Assembly (NCBI GenBank): GCA_016748015.1
Contig: JAAOMT010000372.1
Location: forward strand, 124,001 to 188,000
Length of the DNA stretch: 64,000 bases
Source of the DNA: Geosiphon pyriformis uo1
Lineage: Eukaryota > Fungi > Glomeromycota
Direction of reading: 5' to 3'
This document shows positions 40,401 to 53,513 of this stretch, in pieces; the first letter of the stretch is position 1, and the number at the start of each line of letters is the position of its first letter. The notes under the pieces were generated by a model, which searched no databases, had not been told where the DNA came from, and was given only the letters and a program-made list of their open reading frames with translations. Made by a program: the position numbers and the translations under genes.

Positions 40401-42484
40401 AAAAAACTTTTATCTGACAGAGGAAGAGCTTTTCTCAGTACACTTGTTGAAGAACTTTGCAAAAAAATGAAAATACATTACAAACTTTCCTTTCCTTATC
40501 ACTCCTAAACAAATAGTCTAGTAGAACATTTCAATAAAACACTATGTGAAACCCTAGCCAAAACCAGCAAAGAAACAAACTTATGAGACAAAGTACTGCC
40601 TTTAGCTTTGTTTGCTTATAGAACTGTAAATTATGACATAACAAATTATGAACCCTTTTATCTACTCTATGGACAAATAGTAACTCTACCAATAGAAACT
40701 AACATTAAGACAATACCCTTTGAACAAATAACAATAGGAAATTACAAAGACATTTTGCAAAGAAGACTTGATACCATTCTTGACTTATTAGTAAAAGCAT
40801 AGATAATTGCCTTTGAAAAGATAAAACAATTCTAAAAGAAGCTTAAGAAAAAGAAAACATATAAAACACTTTTCTTAAGTATTGGTGACTTAGTTTTAGA
40901 ATACCATTCAGACAGAGACAATATCTATGGTAATAAATTCTCTAGCCAGTGGAAAGGACCCTTTTTAGTCAACAAAGTTTTGAACAATGGTTCTTATATC
41001 TTACCAGATCAATATGGAACAATCTTTAATGATCGTCCTGTTCATGGCACACAACTCAAAAAATATTACAAACAACCTGATTGGTTACCTGTTGTGATAA
41101 TACCAACCCAAATGATCAACAAAAATCAGATATAAATAAATACACTATTCCCAAAACAGAGGATCAACATGAACAATTATTTCCTAGATCAAAACATTTA
41201 AAATGCTTTCTACACTCTCCATGAGTACTGAATCAAAAATTATCCAAATGCTACTCTGACCATTGGAAAACAAACCACCATAACTGATAACAGTGGAACA
41301 CATACTGTTATTAGACCAAAGAAAACCATTACCAGAAGAGAAAGAATTGGTAGCAAAATAGATAAGTATTTGCTGGAAAGCATAACAGCAGCAATACTTA
41401 CACCTTTCATGACAATTGAAAAAATGATTAAGGAAATCTTGCCCATAGACAAAAACTTGTCATATGGAAGACAACTAAAATTTTATGGTTGTCTTGGTGA
41501 AATCATAGAAGAAATAAAGCTCATGAAAAAAACAACTTCAGAGATACAAGTAAAAATTTTGGGCATTATATGTTTAGATAACCCAAGAGTTTTGACTATT
41601 GCAAGAAAAGCCAAAACTCTTATACAAAAATTTGGTTTTTTGGATACAAAGCTTATTTTGCCTCAAGTACTATATATTCTATTCACAAAAGACTTCAATG
41701 AACTAGTTAGTTTTGAGTTAGACAAAACCCTTCAATTAGAATACCCTATAAATAACTTGATTTCGCCAGAGCTCAATCTCTTTGGAGAGGATGATGTTAT
41801 GGTTGAAACCCATAATTTTTATTAGTTATTACATGTATTAGTTACTGATATCATATAATTAGCCACTCTATTTTTAGATAGTGATCATTGACCTGATCAA
41901 TGACTTGACTGTTGACTTGATCATTGATCTGATCATTGACCTGATTATTGACCTAGTCGTTGACCACTTTCAATAGCTATATAAGTGATGAGTCTCTTAG
42001 CTTTTGAAAATCATCTCTCAAATAAGAATCAAATAAATAAAAATAACAACTTTCATCTCAATCACTCTCTTATCACTAATTTTCCTTTCCCTACCTTCAA
42101 GTATCTAAACATCTTAAGATAAAAAATTACTTGTTGGCCTTTTCCTGACATATATAATTGTAGCATTTGAAGATTATTTGAATAAACATGACTGAAAAGC
42201 ACAAGTTAATACCTGATATTGAATTCTAAGAATGCTGACATAAGACATAGAATTATACCAGTGGTGATTAATTGTTGACAGTATGGACTATCCCTCTACC
42301 TTTAGATTCACCAGTTACCTTTAAAAAGAATAGCAACTGAGATATTTTATGAGACTGATCTCGCACATTGAATCCATACTCATTCAATTTACTCTTTAAA
42401 GTTGAATCCTCTTTGATTATTTTCATCATCTTACAATTCTGTTCTCCCTTGCTATTCATTAGCTTGTTACTCCAACCCATAACA
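34455..42484 (+). mobile_element. Gypsy family B copy B3, full length (LTRs 34455-35096 and 41795-42484)
   Basis: Paired LTRs, TSD ATAC, PBS, gag, protease LDSGS, RT, RNase H, integrase, extra ORF; many stops. Confidence 0.97.
38981..39000. other. Assembly gap (20 N) with duplicated flanks
   Basis: 38631-38980 repeated at 39001-39350. Confidence 0.9.
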
Positions 42485-42673
42485 ATACAGACATTTAACA
42501 ATTCAGTCTATTCTTTAATAGTATCTGAAATCAACTTTTTTCTGGCATAATTATTATGTGTGCATAAAAACATATAGTTTAAGTCTTCTATTAGTTTACA
42601 CTAAATACATAATACATTAAAATAATTTAGATTGTATAATTTTTTTTTTTTGGCTATAAGCAATTAGTAGTAT

Positions 42674-45600
42674 TGTTACAGATTAGAATAACAAACTAAT
42701 GGATAGCAAAGAAGACCAGAATTGTAGAGTGATGGAAATAATCAAAGAGATTTCAACTTCAAAAAATGAATTGAATAAGTAAAAATTCAATATGCAAGAT
42801 CAGTCTTATAAAATATCTTAGTTGCTATACTTTTTAAAAGATAACCAGAAAATCTGAAAGTAGAGAAATAATCTATACTGTCAACAAATAATCACACCTG
42901 GTATAATTCTATGCCTTATGTTAGTGTTCTTAGAATTCAATATCAGATATCAAATGTGCTTTTCAGTTACGTTTTATTCAATAATTTTCAAATACTGCAA
43001 TTACATGTTTTAGAAAAAAGGATAAGAAATAATCAACAAGTAATCTTTTATTCCAAGATGTTTAGATACTTAAAGGTAGAAAAAGAGAAATTAGCAATAA
43101 AAAAATAATTGAAATGAAAGTTGTTATTTTATTTTTTTATTTTTTTTTATTTTTATATGCTTTTCTACAGCTAAAAGATTTATCACTTATATAGCTATCA
43201 AAAGTGGTCAATGATCAGGTCAATAACTAGGTCAATAATCAGGTCAATGATCAAGTCAATGATTAGGTTATTGATTAAGTCAATGGTTAGGTTATTGATC
43301 ATTTTCTAAAAATAGAGTGGCTAATTATATGACATTAGTGACTAATACATGTAATAATTAATAAAAAGTATAGGTTTCAATCATAATATCATTCTCTCCA
43401 AAGAAATTGAGCTCCAGCAAAATCAAGCTATTCTTGGTATAATCTATTTAAAGAGTTTTATCTAACTTAAAGCTAACTAGTTTGTTGAAGTCTTTTATAA
43501 ATAGAGTATATAACACTTAAGACAAAATAAGTTTTGTATTCAAAAGACCAAATCTTTGTATTAGAGTTTTGGCTTTTCTAGCAATAATTAAAACTTTTGA
43601 GACATCTAATTATATAATGTCCAAAATTTTTGCCTGTATCTCTGAAGTTGTTTTTTTTATGAGTTTTATATCCTTTATAATTTTTCCAAGATGACCATAG
43701 AGTTTTAATTGCCTTCCATATGACAGATTTTTGTCTATGAGCAAGATTTCTTGAATTGTTTTTCTAATTGTGCTAGAAGGTAAGAGTATAGCTGCTGTTA
43801 TACTCTCTAACAAATATTTATCTATTTTGCTATTAATTTTTTCTCTTCTGGTAATGGTTTTCTTGAATCTAATAACAATATGTGTTCTACTGTTATTAGT
43901 TATAATGGTTTGTTTTCCAATAATCAGAATAACATTTGGATAGTTTTTAATCTAATATTCATGGAGAGTATAAAAGGTGGTTTAAATGTTTTGATCCAGA
44001 AAATAATTGTTTATGTTGATTAAAAATACCTTTGTTTTGAGAATAATGCATTTATTTATACTTGATTTTTGCTGATTATTTGGGTCAGTATTATCACAAC
44101 AAGCAACCAATCAGGTTATTTATGATATTTTTTGAGTCATGTACCATGAACAGGATAATCATTAAAAATTGTTCTGGATTGATCTTAAAGAATATAAAAA
44201 TTATTGTTTAAAACTTTGTTAACTATAAAGAATTCTTTCTATCAGCTAGAGAATTTATCACCATAGACATTGTTTTTGTCTGAACAATATTCCAATACCA
44301 AGTCACCAATACTTAAAGAAAGTGTTTTATAGGTTTTTTTTTCTTAAGCTTTTTTTGAAACTGTTTTATTTGTTCAAAAGCTATTATTCATGTTTCTATC
44401 AAAGAGTCAAGAATGGTACCAAGTTTTCTTTGCAAAATGTTTTTATAATTCTCTATTGTGATTTTTTTAAAAAGTATTGTCTTAATGTTAGTTTCTATTG
44501 GTAGTATTGCCATATGTCCATAAAGCAGATAAAAAAATTCATAACTTGTTATGTCATGATTCACAGTTCTATAAGCAAACAAAGCTGAAGGCAGTATTTT
44601 GTTTCATAAGTTTGTTTTTTCACTGGTTTTGGCTAAGATTTTACATAGTGTTTTATTGAAATGTTTTACTAAGCCATTTGTTTGAGAGTAATAAGGGGAA
44701 GAAAGTTTATAATGTATTCTTATTTTTCTACAAAGTTTTTCAACCAGTGTACTAAAAAAAGCTCTTTCTCTATCAGATAAAAGTTCTTTGGGACAGCCAT
44801 GATGGCAGATAATATTTTTATAAATAAAATTGGCTATTGAGACTGCTGTTTGGTTTGGAGTGGCTCTTGTTTCTACCCACTTTGTAAAATAATTAGTAGC
44901 TGTAATAATATATCTGTTGCCATCAGGAGTTATTGTTAAAGATTTAACAACATCTATACCAATTCTGTTAAATAACTGACCAACAAAAATTGGATGGATA
45001 TCTTTTTTGCAATTGGATTTGCCTTTTCTTTGGCAGATGTCACAGGTTTTGATGTATTCAGCAATATCTTTTCCCAAGGTAAACCAATAATAGTGAGCTA
45101 AAGTTTTCTGAATTGTTTTTGTTTTTCCAAAGTATCCAGCTAATGAGTTAGTATACATGTTATATATTACAATTTTTTTTTCTTTAAATTTAATGACTCT
45201 CTGAAAGTGGTTAGAATCTTTTCTGTTTCTTTTATATAATTGGTTCTGGTGAATCAAATAGAAATTTAATTGTTTGCACAAATGTTCTCTTTGTTGTTGA
45301 GTGTATTCTGGTGGGTATTGTCTTTTACCCAAAAATTCTATTAAGGCAGAATAGTTGTCCAAGTCTATTATCATGTTTGTTAAAAGAAGAATTACTAATA
45401 ATTAAGTTGGTTTGGTTTGAAAAGATTGTATTATCACTGGATGATGAGTCTGAAGAGAGCATTAACATTTTAATAATTAGCCCCTTTGTGGTATTGGATG
45501 TCATAATTGAATTCATCCAAATAGAGTATTTAGTAAGTTATCTATTTGTGTTCTAACTTTCTTTTGTTGCATAGCGAAACCAAGACTTGATGATCTGTTA

Positions 45601-48600
45601 CCACCAAAAACTTTACACCAAGAAGATATTTGTCCTAGTAATTGGTAGCCCAAACTACTGCTAAGCATTCTTGCTCAGTAATAAAATAGTTCCTTTTAGC
45701 TGGTATAAGAATTCTACTGGCATATGCTATGGCATGTTCTCTGTCATCTTCATTTTTCTAAGAGAAAACAGCACCAAGTCCATAACCAAATGCATTAGTG
45801 TGAGAGATAAAAGGTTGATCCAAATCAGGTTGTATAAAAATAGGTTCTGTAACCAGTTTTTTCTTCAGAATTTCAAAAGCTTTTTGTTAATAAGTGCCCC
45901 AGTGATAATTAACATTTTTTCTAAGTAGCTAATTGAAAGAAGTAGTGATTTTGAAGAAATTTTTAACAAATTTGTGATAATAAGAGGCCAAACCAAGGAA
46001 AGAGCATAATTTATGAACATTCATTGGTTGTCTAATGTTTTGAACTTTTTATACTTTGGCTGAATCAAAGAAGATTCTATCTTTTGTAATAAAATAACCA
46101 AGAAACTGGGTAGATTGACATCCAAAGAAAGATTTGATTGGGTTGATCTTAAGACCAGCATTTCTGAGGAGATCAAAAACTTTTTGCAAATGTTCAAGAT
46201 GTTCATTCCAGGTTTTTAAGTATACTATTATGTTATTTAAGTAAACTAAAACAAAGTTTTCTTTTACTGATTCAAATACTTTGTTCATAAAATATTAAAA
46301 TGTAAGAGGAGTATTAATGAGACCAAAAGACATAATTGTGAATTTGTAAGTGCCATACTTGGTGATAAAAGCAGTTTTCTTTCTGCTTTCTGAATCCATT
46401 TCTATTTGCCAAAATTCAGCAGTTAGATCAATAGTTGAAAAGAAAGCAGCACCATTGAATTGGTTTAGCATTGCATTAATTTTGAGGAGTAGATACATGT
46501 CTCTTTCAGTAATGACATTTAATTGGTGGTAATCAACACAAAAGTATAAGGTTCTACCTTTTTTGGATACCACTACAACTGAAAATGCCCATTCACTTTT
46601 GGTTTCTTGTATGAATCCAAGCTTTTTCATCTGGTTTATTTTTTTCTTGATAAATTCATCATTGTGATAATTGGACTGATAGGGTTTCAAGTAGATAAGA
46701 CAAGTTTTTCTGATGGTAATAGTATGTTGTATTACATGAGTACATCCAAGAGCATCACCTTTTTTGAATATAACTGGGCTATTTTTAACCAATAAGTTTT
46801 CAATGTCCACTTTTTTTTTTTAAGAGAGAGTTTTCTTTGTTCTATAATCAATGATTGGATTTCAGGTGGTTTATTCTTAAAAGACTTTTGGACTTCTTTT
46901 ATTTTTTCACGAGGTATCAAGCTGATTGGTTTCCAATCTTTGTAATAGATCAGACAGAACATGTATTTATTGTTAGAAGAGTACAATAATTTATTGCACC
47001 AGTATTGAACACAAAAACCATGCTATCAATAATTGTATTTGGTTTTCTTGCCAGACTTTCTGTTAAAGATTCTTCTAAGAATATTATAGTATGACCAACA
47101 GATCAGCTTGCCATTTACCATGATTCTTTCTTTATCTGCTTTGACATAATTTAATGACTTGTCATTGTTGATAAAAATGGTGTAGGCAAGTTCAGCAGTT
47201 TCTTTTTGTTCTTCTTGTTCATCTTCTTTGTCACTTTTTTCATTATCTGATTCATCTAATTGCTCTTTTTTTTGGCTTTGTTTGGATATTAGAAGAGTTG
47301 TCCAATGGCAACACTTAACCATGATGGGTTTCTCATCATATCTGATGGTCAGTTTACAAAGTTCATAATCAAGCAAAGTTTTTGCTTTCTTAAGCCATTC
47401 ATTGCCAACTATTATGATATATTCTTTTGCTTCAGATACTTTCATGTCAGTTTCAATGTTGATGCTATTGATTCAGATAGGAACAGCTTTGGCAATGCCC
47501 AGATTTTTTTTCTTGTCACCATGTACATTGGTCATTGGTTTTGTAGACAGTTTATCAATTTTTCTGCCAATTGCTTTTAAGAAGTGTTTGGCAATAACAC
47601 TAACAGATAATTCACTGTTCAAAATCAGATTAATGAAGTAACCAGCCACTTGGGCTTTACAAATGAAAGGGCTAACATTGTTGTTGTCAGCAAGTCCAGC
47701 TTGGCATGAGCATTTGTTGGTTTTTAGTGTCTTTTTCTTGAGAATCAAAGATTTGCAAAGGTCTTTTCTGAATTAAAGATGAGTCATTAACTGGCCAAAG
47801 ATAATGTAAGCAGGCATTTTTATGAGATTTTTGACAACAGAATAAGGGCCAGATTTTTGTATTATTTCTGGGAGTTCCAACTTTGGAAGATTTTTAAAAA
47901 CTTTGGTCTTTGATGGCTTATTGTTATTAGCAATAGAAGTTAAGACTTTGTTGAGATCTAGAACAAAATCAACTTTGGCTTTTTTTTTTTCTTGTTAAGT
48001 CAGAGAGATTGATACCCAGTTCATCCATATTATAGTTATTATCAGTTAGGTTAAAAGCATAAAAGGAATTTTTTTCTGGTTGGTTTGTACTCTTACTCTT
48101 TGGAGATGTGCCAACCAGTTTAAAAACTGATAAACAGTGACTTTAACTAAGAGATTCTTTTCAAAAAAATTGATGTTGGCATGATTAGGTCTTTGGTTGG
48201 GGACATTATTGTTAATGATTCTGTTGTTTTAATTATCATTGTTTCTTGGAGCTGAAGATGGCAAAGGAAGATTGTTGCAATCTCTTGAAAAATGTCCAGT
48301 TAATCCACAGCAATAGCACACAGGTGAGCCACAATTTTGCTGTCTTTGGTAAGGAAACTGTTGAGGCTGATTGAAATGTGATTCAAATCTAGGTCTTTGT
48401 GGTTGCTAGTTGTCTCTGACTGTTTGGGCTAATGGTTCTAATAGCTAAGCAAGATTTGCTATAAGTCTATCTATTAATTATTCATTGGAGTCTTGAGTTT
48501 GGACAGTAAAAGAAATAGCAGCCATTTGTGAAGCAGAAGCCATAGCAGAAGCAGGAGCAAAAACTAGATAAGTGAATTCTAGATGTATTCTTTGATTATC

Positions 48601-50273
48601 TTCAATTTATTGGGCTAGTTCAATGGCCATATCCATTGTGGAATTATTTTTCAAGGCCAGGAGAGGCCAAAGAGCATATGAGAAATCAGTTCTCAATCTT
48701 TTTGTAAAAGAATGTATTTTTTGCTCTTCTGTTCAATTTTTTCTTGAGTCTACTTATTTAATTAGCTTTTTTATTGCTTTAGTATATTCAGTTACTATTT
48801 TTCCAATTCTATATGCCACTTGAATATTAAGATTGGGATTCTGAACTTATTTTCAAACCAGATAGTGAAAAAGAAGTTGTTTTCTCCAACATTTACAAGT
48901 GTTCATCTAATAATTTTTTAATGAGTATTGGTATTTGTTTCTTGTAAGAACCAGGTAGCAGGAGAGCCTTGAAAATAGCCACCAACAATTTGGAACTTGT
49001 ATTTATTATCATATTGATTGGTTGTGGCAGCTCTTTTAAAGTCATCCAATCATTCAATTGGATTTTGTGCATCATTTCTAAATAGTGATAGTGGGATATT
49101 GTTTTTTTTTTCTAAAGCAGTTTGTATACCTTGGAAAGCAGTCAGGATGTTTGATTGCATGAGGTCATTAGCCATTGGTTTAAGGATAACTGTTTGTATG
49201 GATGAGTTTGGTTTACTTGATAAAAAGTCAAAAACAAAAGCAGTCTGGTAGCTTTCTTCTTTTGTTTCAAAGAGAGTTTCAGTTGATTGATGGGCAACAA
49301 TCCAAATGTGAATTTGATGATTCAAATATTCGAAATCAGAAGACTGTTATTCAAAGGTTGTGGAGTATAAAAGTTGATTGATACTGTTGTTTCTTTTTTC
49401 AAAGTTGTTTTCAAAATAAGTATGGTCAAAGTAATAAGTTGTATAGGCTGTATAAGTTTCAGCTAAATGCTCATTCAAGAACCAGTTCCAAAAGTCTTGG
49501 AATTGTCTGCTAGATTGTTCTTCAATGGAGAAGCAAATTAAGCAGAAGGGCAAAGAATTGAGTTCAATAAAGTCTAGATTATTTTTGTTGTATGCTTTAA
49601 AGTGTTCTTCTGATTGTTGTGGCAGGTATAAATAATTACTCATATAATAGAAATCAAAGTGAATTTTGACAATTTCACAAGAAATACCACTTTTATGTTA
49701 TGGGTTGGAGTAACAAGCTAACAGATAGCAAGGAAGAACAGAATTGTAGAATAATGAAAATAATCAAAGAGATTTCAACTTTAAAGAGCAAATTGAATGA
49801 GTAAGAATTCAATGTACAAGATCAGTTTCATAAAATATCTCAGTCACTATACTTTTCAAAAAATAACTGGGAAATTTGAAGGTAGAGAAATAGTCTGTAC
49901 TGTCAACAAATTATCATATACTGGTATAATTCTATGCCTCATGTTGGCACTCTTAGAATTCAATATCAAGTATCAAATATGCTTTTCAGTCATATTTTAT
50001 TCAATAATCTTCAAATGCTGCAATTACACATTTCAGGAAAAAAGGTAAGAAATAACCAACAAGTAATTTTTTATTCCAAGATGTTCAGATATTTGAAGAT
50101 AGGAAAAGAGAAATTAGCAATAAAAGAAAGATTAAGATGAAAGTTGTTATTTTATTTTTTATTTTTTTTTGATTCTTATATGCTTTTCTACAGCTAAAAG
50201 ATTTATTACTTATATAGCTATTAAAAGTGGTCAATGATCAAATTAATGACTAGGTCAATGATTAGGTCAATAA
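42674..50273 (-). mobile_element. Gypsy family B copy B4 (3' LTR 42674-43388; 5' LTR from 49696, interrupted at ~50273)
   Basis: Collinear with B2/B5; heavily mutated; left flank GTAT. Confidence 0.95.
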
Positions 50274-51177
50274 TTTTTTTTTTGTTAATATATAGCTATG
50301 TTGGTCTTTTATTAGTTTAGCCATACTCAAAAAAAAAGCATGACTTTTTCATAAAGCCAACTCATCCAATAATCTAAATTACAAGATGTAGCTAATCACT
50401 AAGTGGTTATATCTAACTACATACTAGTATAACCAGAAACTTTATAAGGTATCACACTATTACTTAGAGTAAACTTACTACAAAATACATCAACTAGTAT
50501 CCTATTATACTGTGTGAACCTATCATCTAACTTAATTTTGAATATGTCAACATTATTATCTTTACTCTTTACTATTCCATGAATGTTGGGTGTACTCAAT
50601 GGGCCTTTCTTAACTTTATTAACAATACTCACTGATTTTTTTTATTTAGTTTGTAATTTGTTTTTTTTTTGTTTTTTTTTTTGTTAATGTGTAGCCACAC
50701 CAGTCGTTTATTAGTTATAACCACAGTAATGTGGTGCTTTCATAAAGCCAGCTCACTCAATAATACAAAATTACAAGATGCAGCTAACTACAAGCAGAAA
50801 GCTCTAACTACATGCTAATACTACTTTTTTTTTTTTTGTTAATGTATAGCTACACTGGTCATTTATTAGTTAAGTCTACAGTAATGTGGCAGTTTCATAA
50901 AGCCAGCTCACCCAATAATACAAAAATCACAAGATGCGGCTAATCACAAATGAAAAGCCCAACTATACGCTAGTATTAACTTTACTACCTAATGTATTAA
51001 ACATATCTAATTCATATATCTTACCCATAATGCATACAAGCTCATAACTACTCTTAACAAAACCACTTATCCATTTAACAGTCTAATCAAGATCGGATTT
51101 AATATTAGAAAATTGAACCTCCCATAATTCCATCATTACATCAAATGTATTATCATAGACTGAAAAATCTTTTACAT
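50274..51177 (-). mobile_element. Three stacked 3' ends of a non-LTR element (ORF2 tail + 3' UTR + polyA)
   Basis: polyT followed by gttaatrtrtagc...ttattagtt...ttcataaagcca.ctca at ~50274, ~50661 and ~50826. Confidence 0.8.
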
Positions 51178-51630
51178 TGTTACGGGTTGGAGTAACAAGC
51201 TAATGGATAGCAAGAGAAAACAGAATTGTAGAGTGATAGAAATAATCAAAGAGAATTCAACTTCAAAGAGCAAATTGAATAAGTATGGATTCAATGTGTA
51301 AAATCAGTTTTATAAAATATTTCAATTACTATACTTTTCAAAAGATAACTGGAAAATCTAAAGATAAAGGAATAGTCCATACTGTTAACAAATGATCACA
51401 CTTGGTATAATTCTATGCCTCACATTGGCATTCTTAGAATTCAATATCAAGTATTAGATGTGCTCTTCAATCACGTTTTATTCAATAATCTTCAAATACT
51501 ACACTTATATGTTTCAGAAAAAGGGTAAGAATTAACTAACAAATAATCTTTTATCCCAAGATATTCAAATACTTGAAGGTAAGGAAAGGGAAATTAGTGA
51601 TAAAAGAATGATTGAAAAGAAAGTTGTTAT
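51178..51630 (-). repeat. Family B LTR fragment (U5 side), cut off by the adjacent LINE
   Basis: tgttacgggttggagtaacaagc...aagttgttat matches the B4 LTR; left flank ACAT. Confidence 0.9.
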
Positions 51631-53467
51631 AAGAAAAAAACTTTTTTTTCTCTCTTTGTCTGCTACCACAAAATTTACTATGTCTCAAATTTAAAAAAAT
51701 AGTTTTTTGCTGAAAGATACCTATAGTTAAGAGTACACTTTATTATTACACTAACAGACTTTAAAGTGTCTGACAACAATACTAATAATGAAGTGACAAT
51801 TGTCATGAACAGAAAAACTAGCATAGATACTATTAAGTATAAAGACCAAGTGGAAGGAAATTCTACTGTTAATACAGAGAAAAAAGAAAATAACACAATT
51901 ATACTGAACCAAACACCAATTGAAAATACAAAACCTATAACATCTTCATTCAGATTTAAACATAGCAAGAAAACAATTGGAAGTGTAAACACAAGTAGTG
52001 GAGACAACACACCCTTTAGAATTGCTAATACATCAAAAAAAACAGTTCTACATCAAAGAGCAGCTGACTTTTCTCTACTAACAGACAACAGACTAGAAGA
52101 AAAACCCAATAAAAAATACAGACACTTGGGAAAATTAAATGTAAAAGAGATTTAACCAGGTTATTAAAAAAGAACTTACTGACAAAACAACAGACCAAAC
52201 CAACAACTTTGTCTTGTGACCAATGTTTAACAAAGGAAAAAACAGCAATAAGTTTTAGATGGAAGCTTGGACTGGTAAAAAGGAGGCATCCAAGTCTCTA
52301 AAGAAATTGAATAAGCCATCCAAATTGCTTAATGAAGAAATTGAAAGAGCAGTGCAGATTGAAGCAGCTCTAAGAAAATGCAATCCTGAGATTTTGGATA
52401 GGATCAACAAAGAAAATCTGTAGAGAAATTTGATAAGTAAATGGACAATCTATTTGAAACAAACAAAGATATTGCTGATTTGGAAAGGACTGCAGAGAAC
52501 ATGGAAGATTCTGAATTAGATCTATCAAGCAGAATGCCAAGCCCAAGTCTGGGCCAAAAAAGTAGCAAATTATTTGGGAAGAATGCCATGTCTATGAAAG
52601 CAAATCACGAAGAAGGATAAAAAACTGTTGTTCATGGCACCAAAAGACATGTTCTATTCATGCAAATACTGGACATATCAGAAAAAGTCATAGGAAAAAA
52701 GATAAGGTGGATTTACAATCTGTTGGGGGATATCAGTTACCTTTTAGAAGCAGTAATAGTGTTATGGTTGAAACACATAGTTTTTATTAATTATCACATG
52801 TATTAGCCACTAATGTCATATAATTAGCCACCCTATTTTTAGATAGTGATTGTTGACCTGATCAATAACCTGACCGTTGACCTGATCATTGACCTGATTA
52901 TTGACCTGATCATTGACCTGATCATTGACCTGGTTGTTAACCACTTTAGATAGCTATATAAGTGATGATTCCTTTAGCTGTAGAAAGACATGATCAAAGT
53001 AACAAAATAAACAATATCAATTACTTCCTCTCATAATCGCTTATTCCCCTTTCCTTACCTTCAAGTATCTACTTGTTGGCATTTACATACCTTATCTTTT
53101 CCCCTTCTTGATTTGTATTTGTTAAAATTAGCCTGAGAAGCAATTGGCTTGCTCTTGTAATTCATTGAATAAAGAAACAATTGAAAAATACAATGATACC
53201 TGTTATTGATTCTAAGAATCGCCGAGTTGAGGCATAGAATAATAGCAGCAGTGTTATCTTGTTGACAATCACAGACTATTTCTCTACCTTCAGATTTAAG
53301 AAAAGATTAGCAACTGTGATTTCTATGAGACTGATCATGCACATTGAATTCCTACTTATTCAATTCACTCCCTTATTGTAATTCCTTCTTTGTTTATTTC
53401 CATCACCATACAATACTGTTCTCCCTTGCTATCCATTAGCTTGTTACTCCAACCCGTAACATAAAAG

Positions 53468-53484
53468 TGGTGCTCCCTGTGAGG
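53468..53484 (+). promoter_or_regulatory. Primer-binding site (family B), TGGTGCTCCCTGTGAGG
   Basis: 6 nt after the LTR end; same motif in B2, B3, B4 and B6. Confidence 0.9.
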
Positions 53485-53513
53485 TTGTTAAAATTCACTT
53501 ATTTCTTCATTGT

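Noticed and set aside
42911-43108. Short ORFs inside LTRs (also 34674-34883, 49934-50140, 5349-5752)
   Set aside because: Not consistently open across LTR copies or subtypes; no recognisable protein features.
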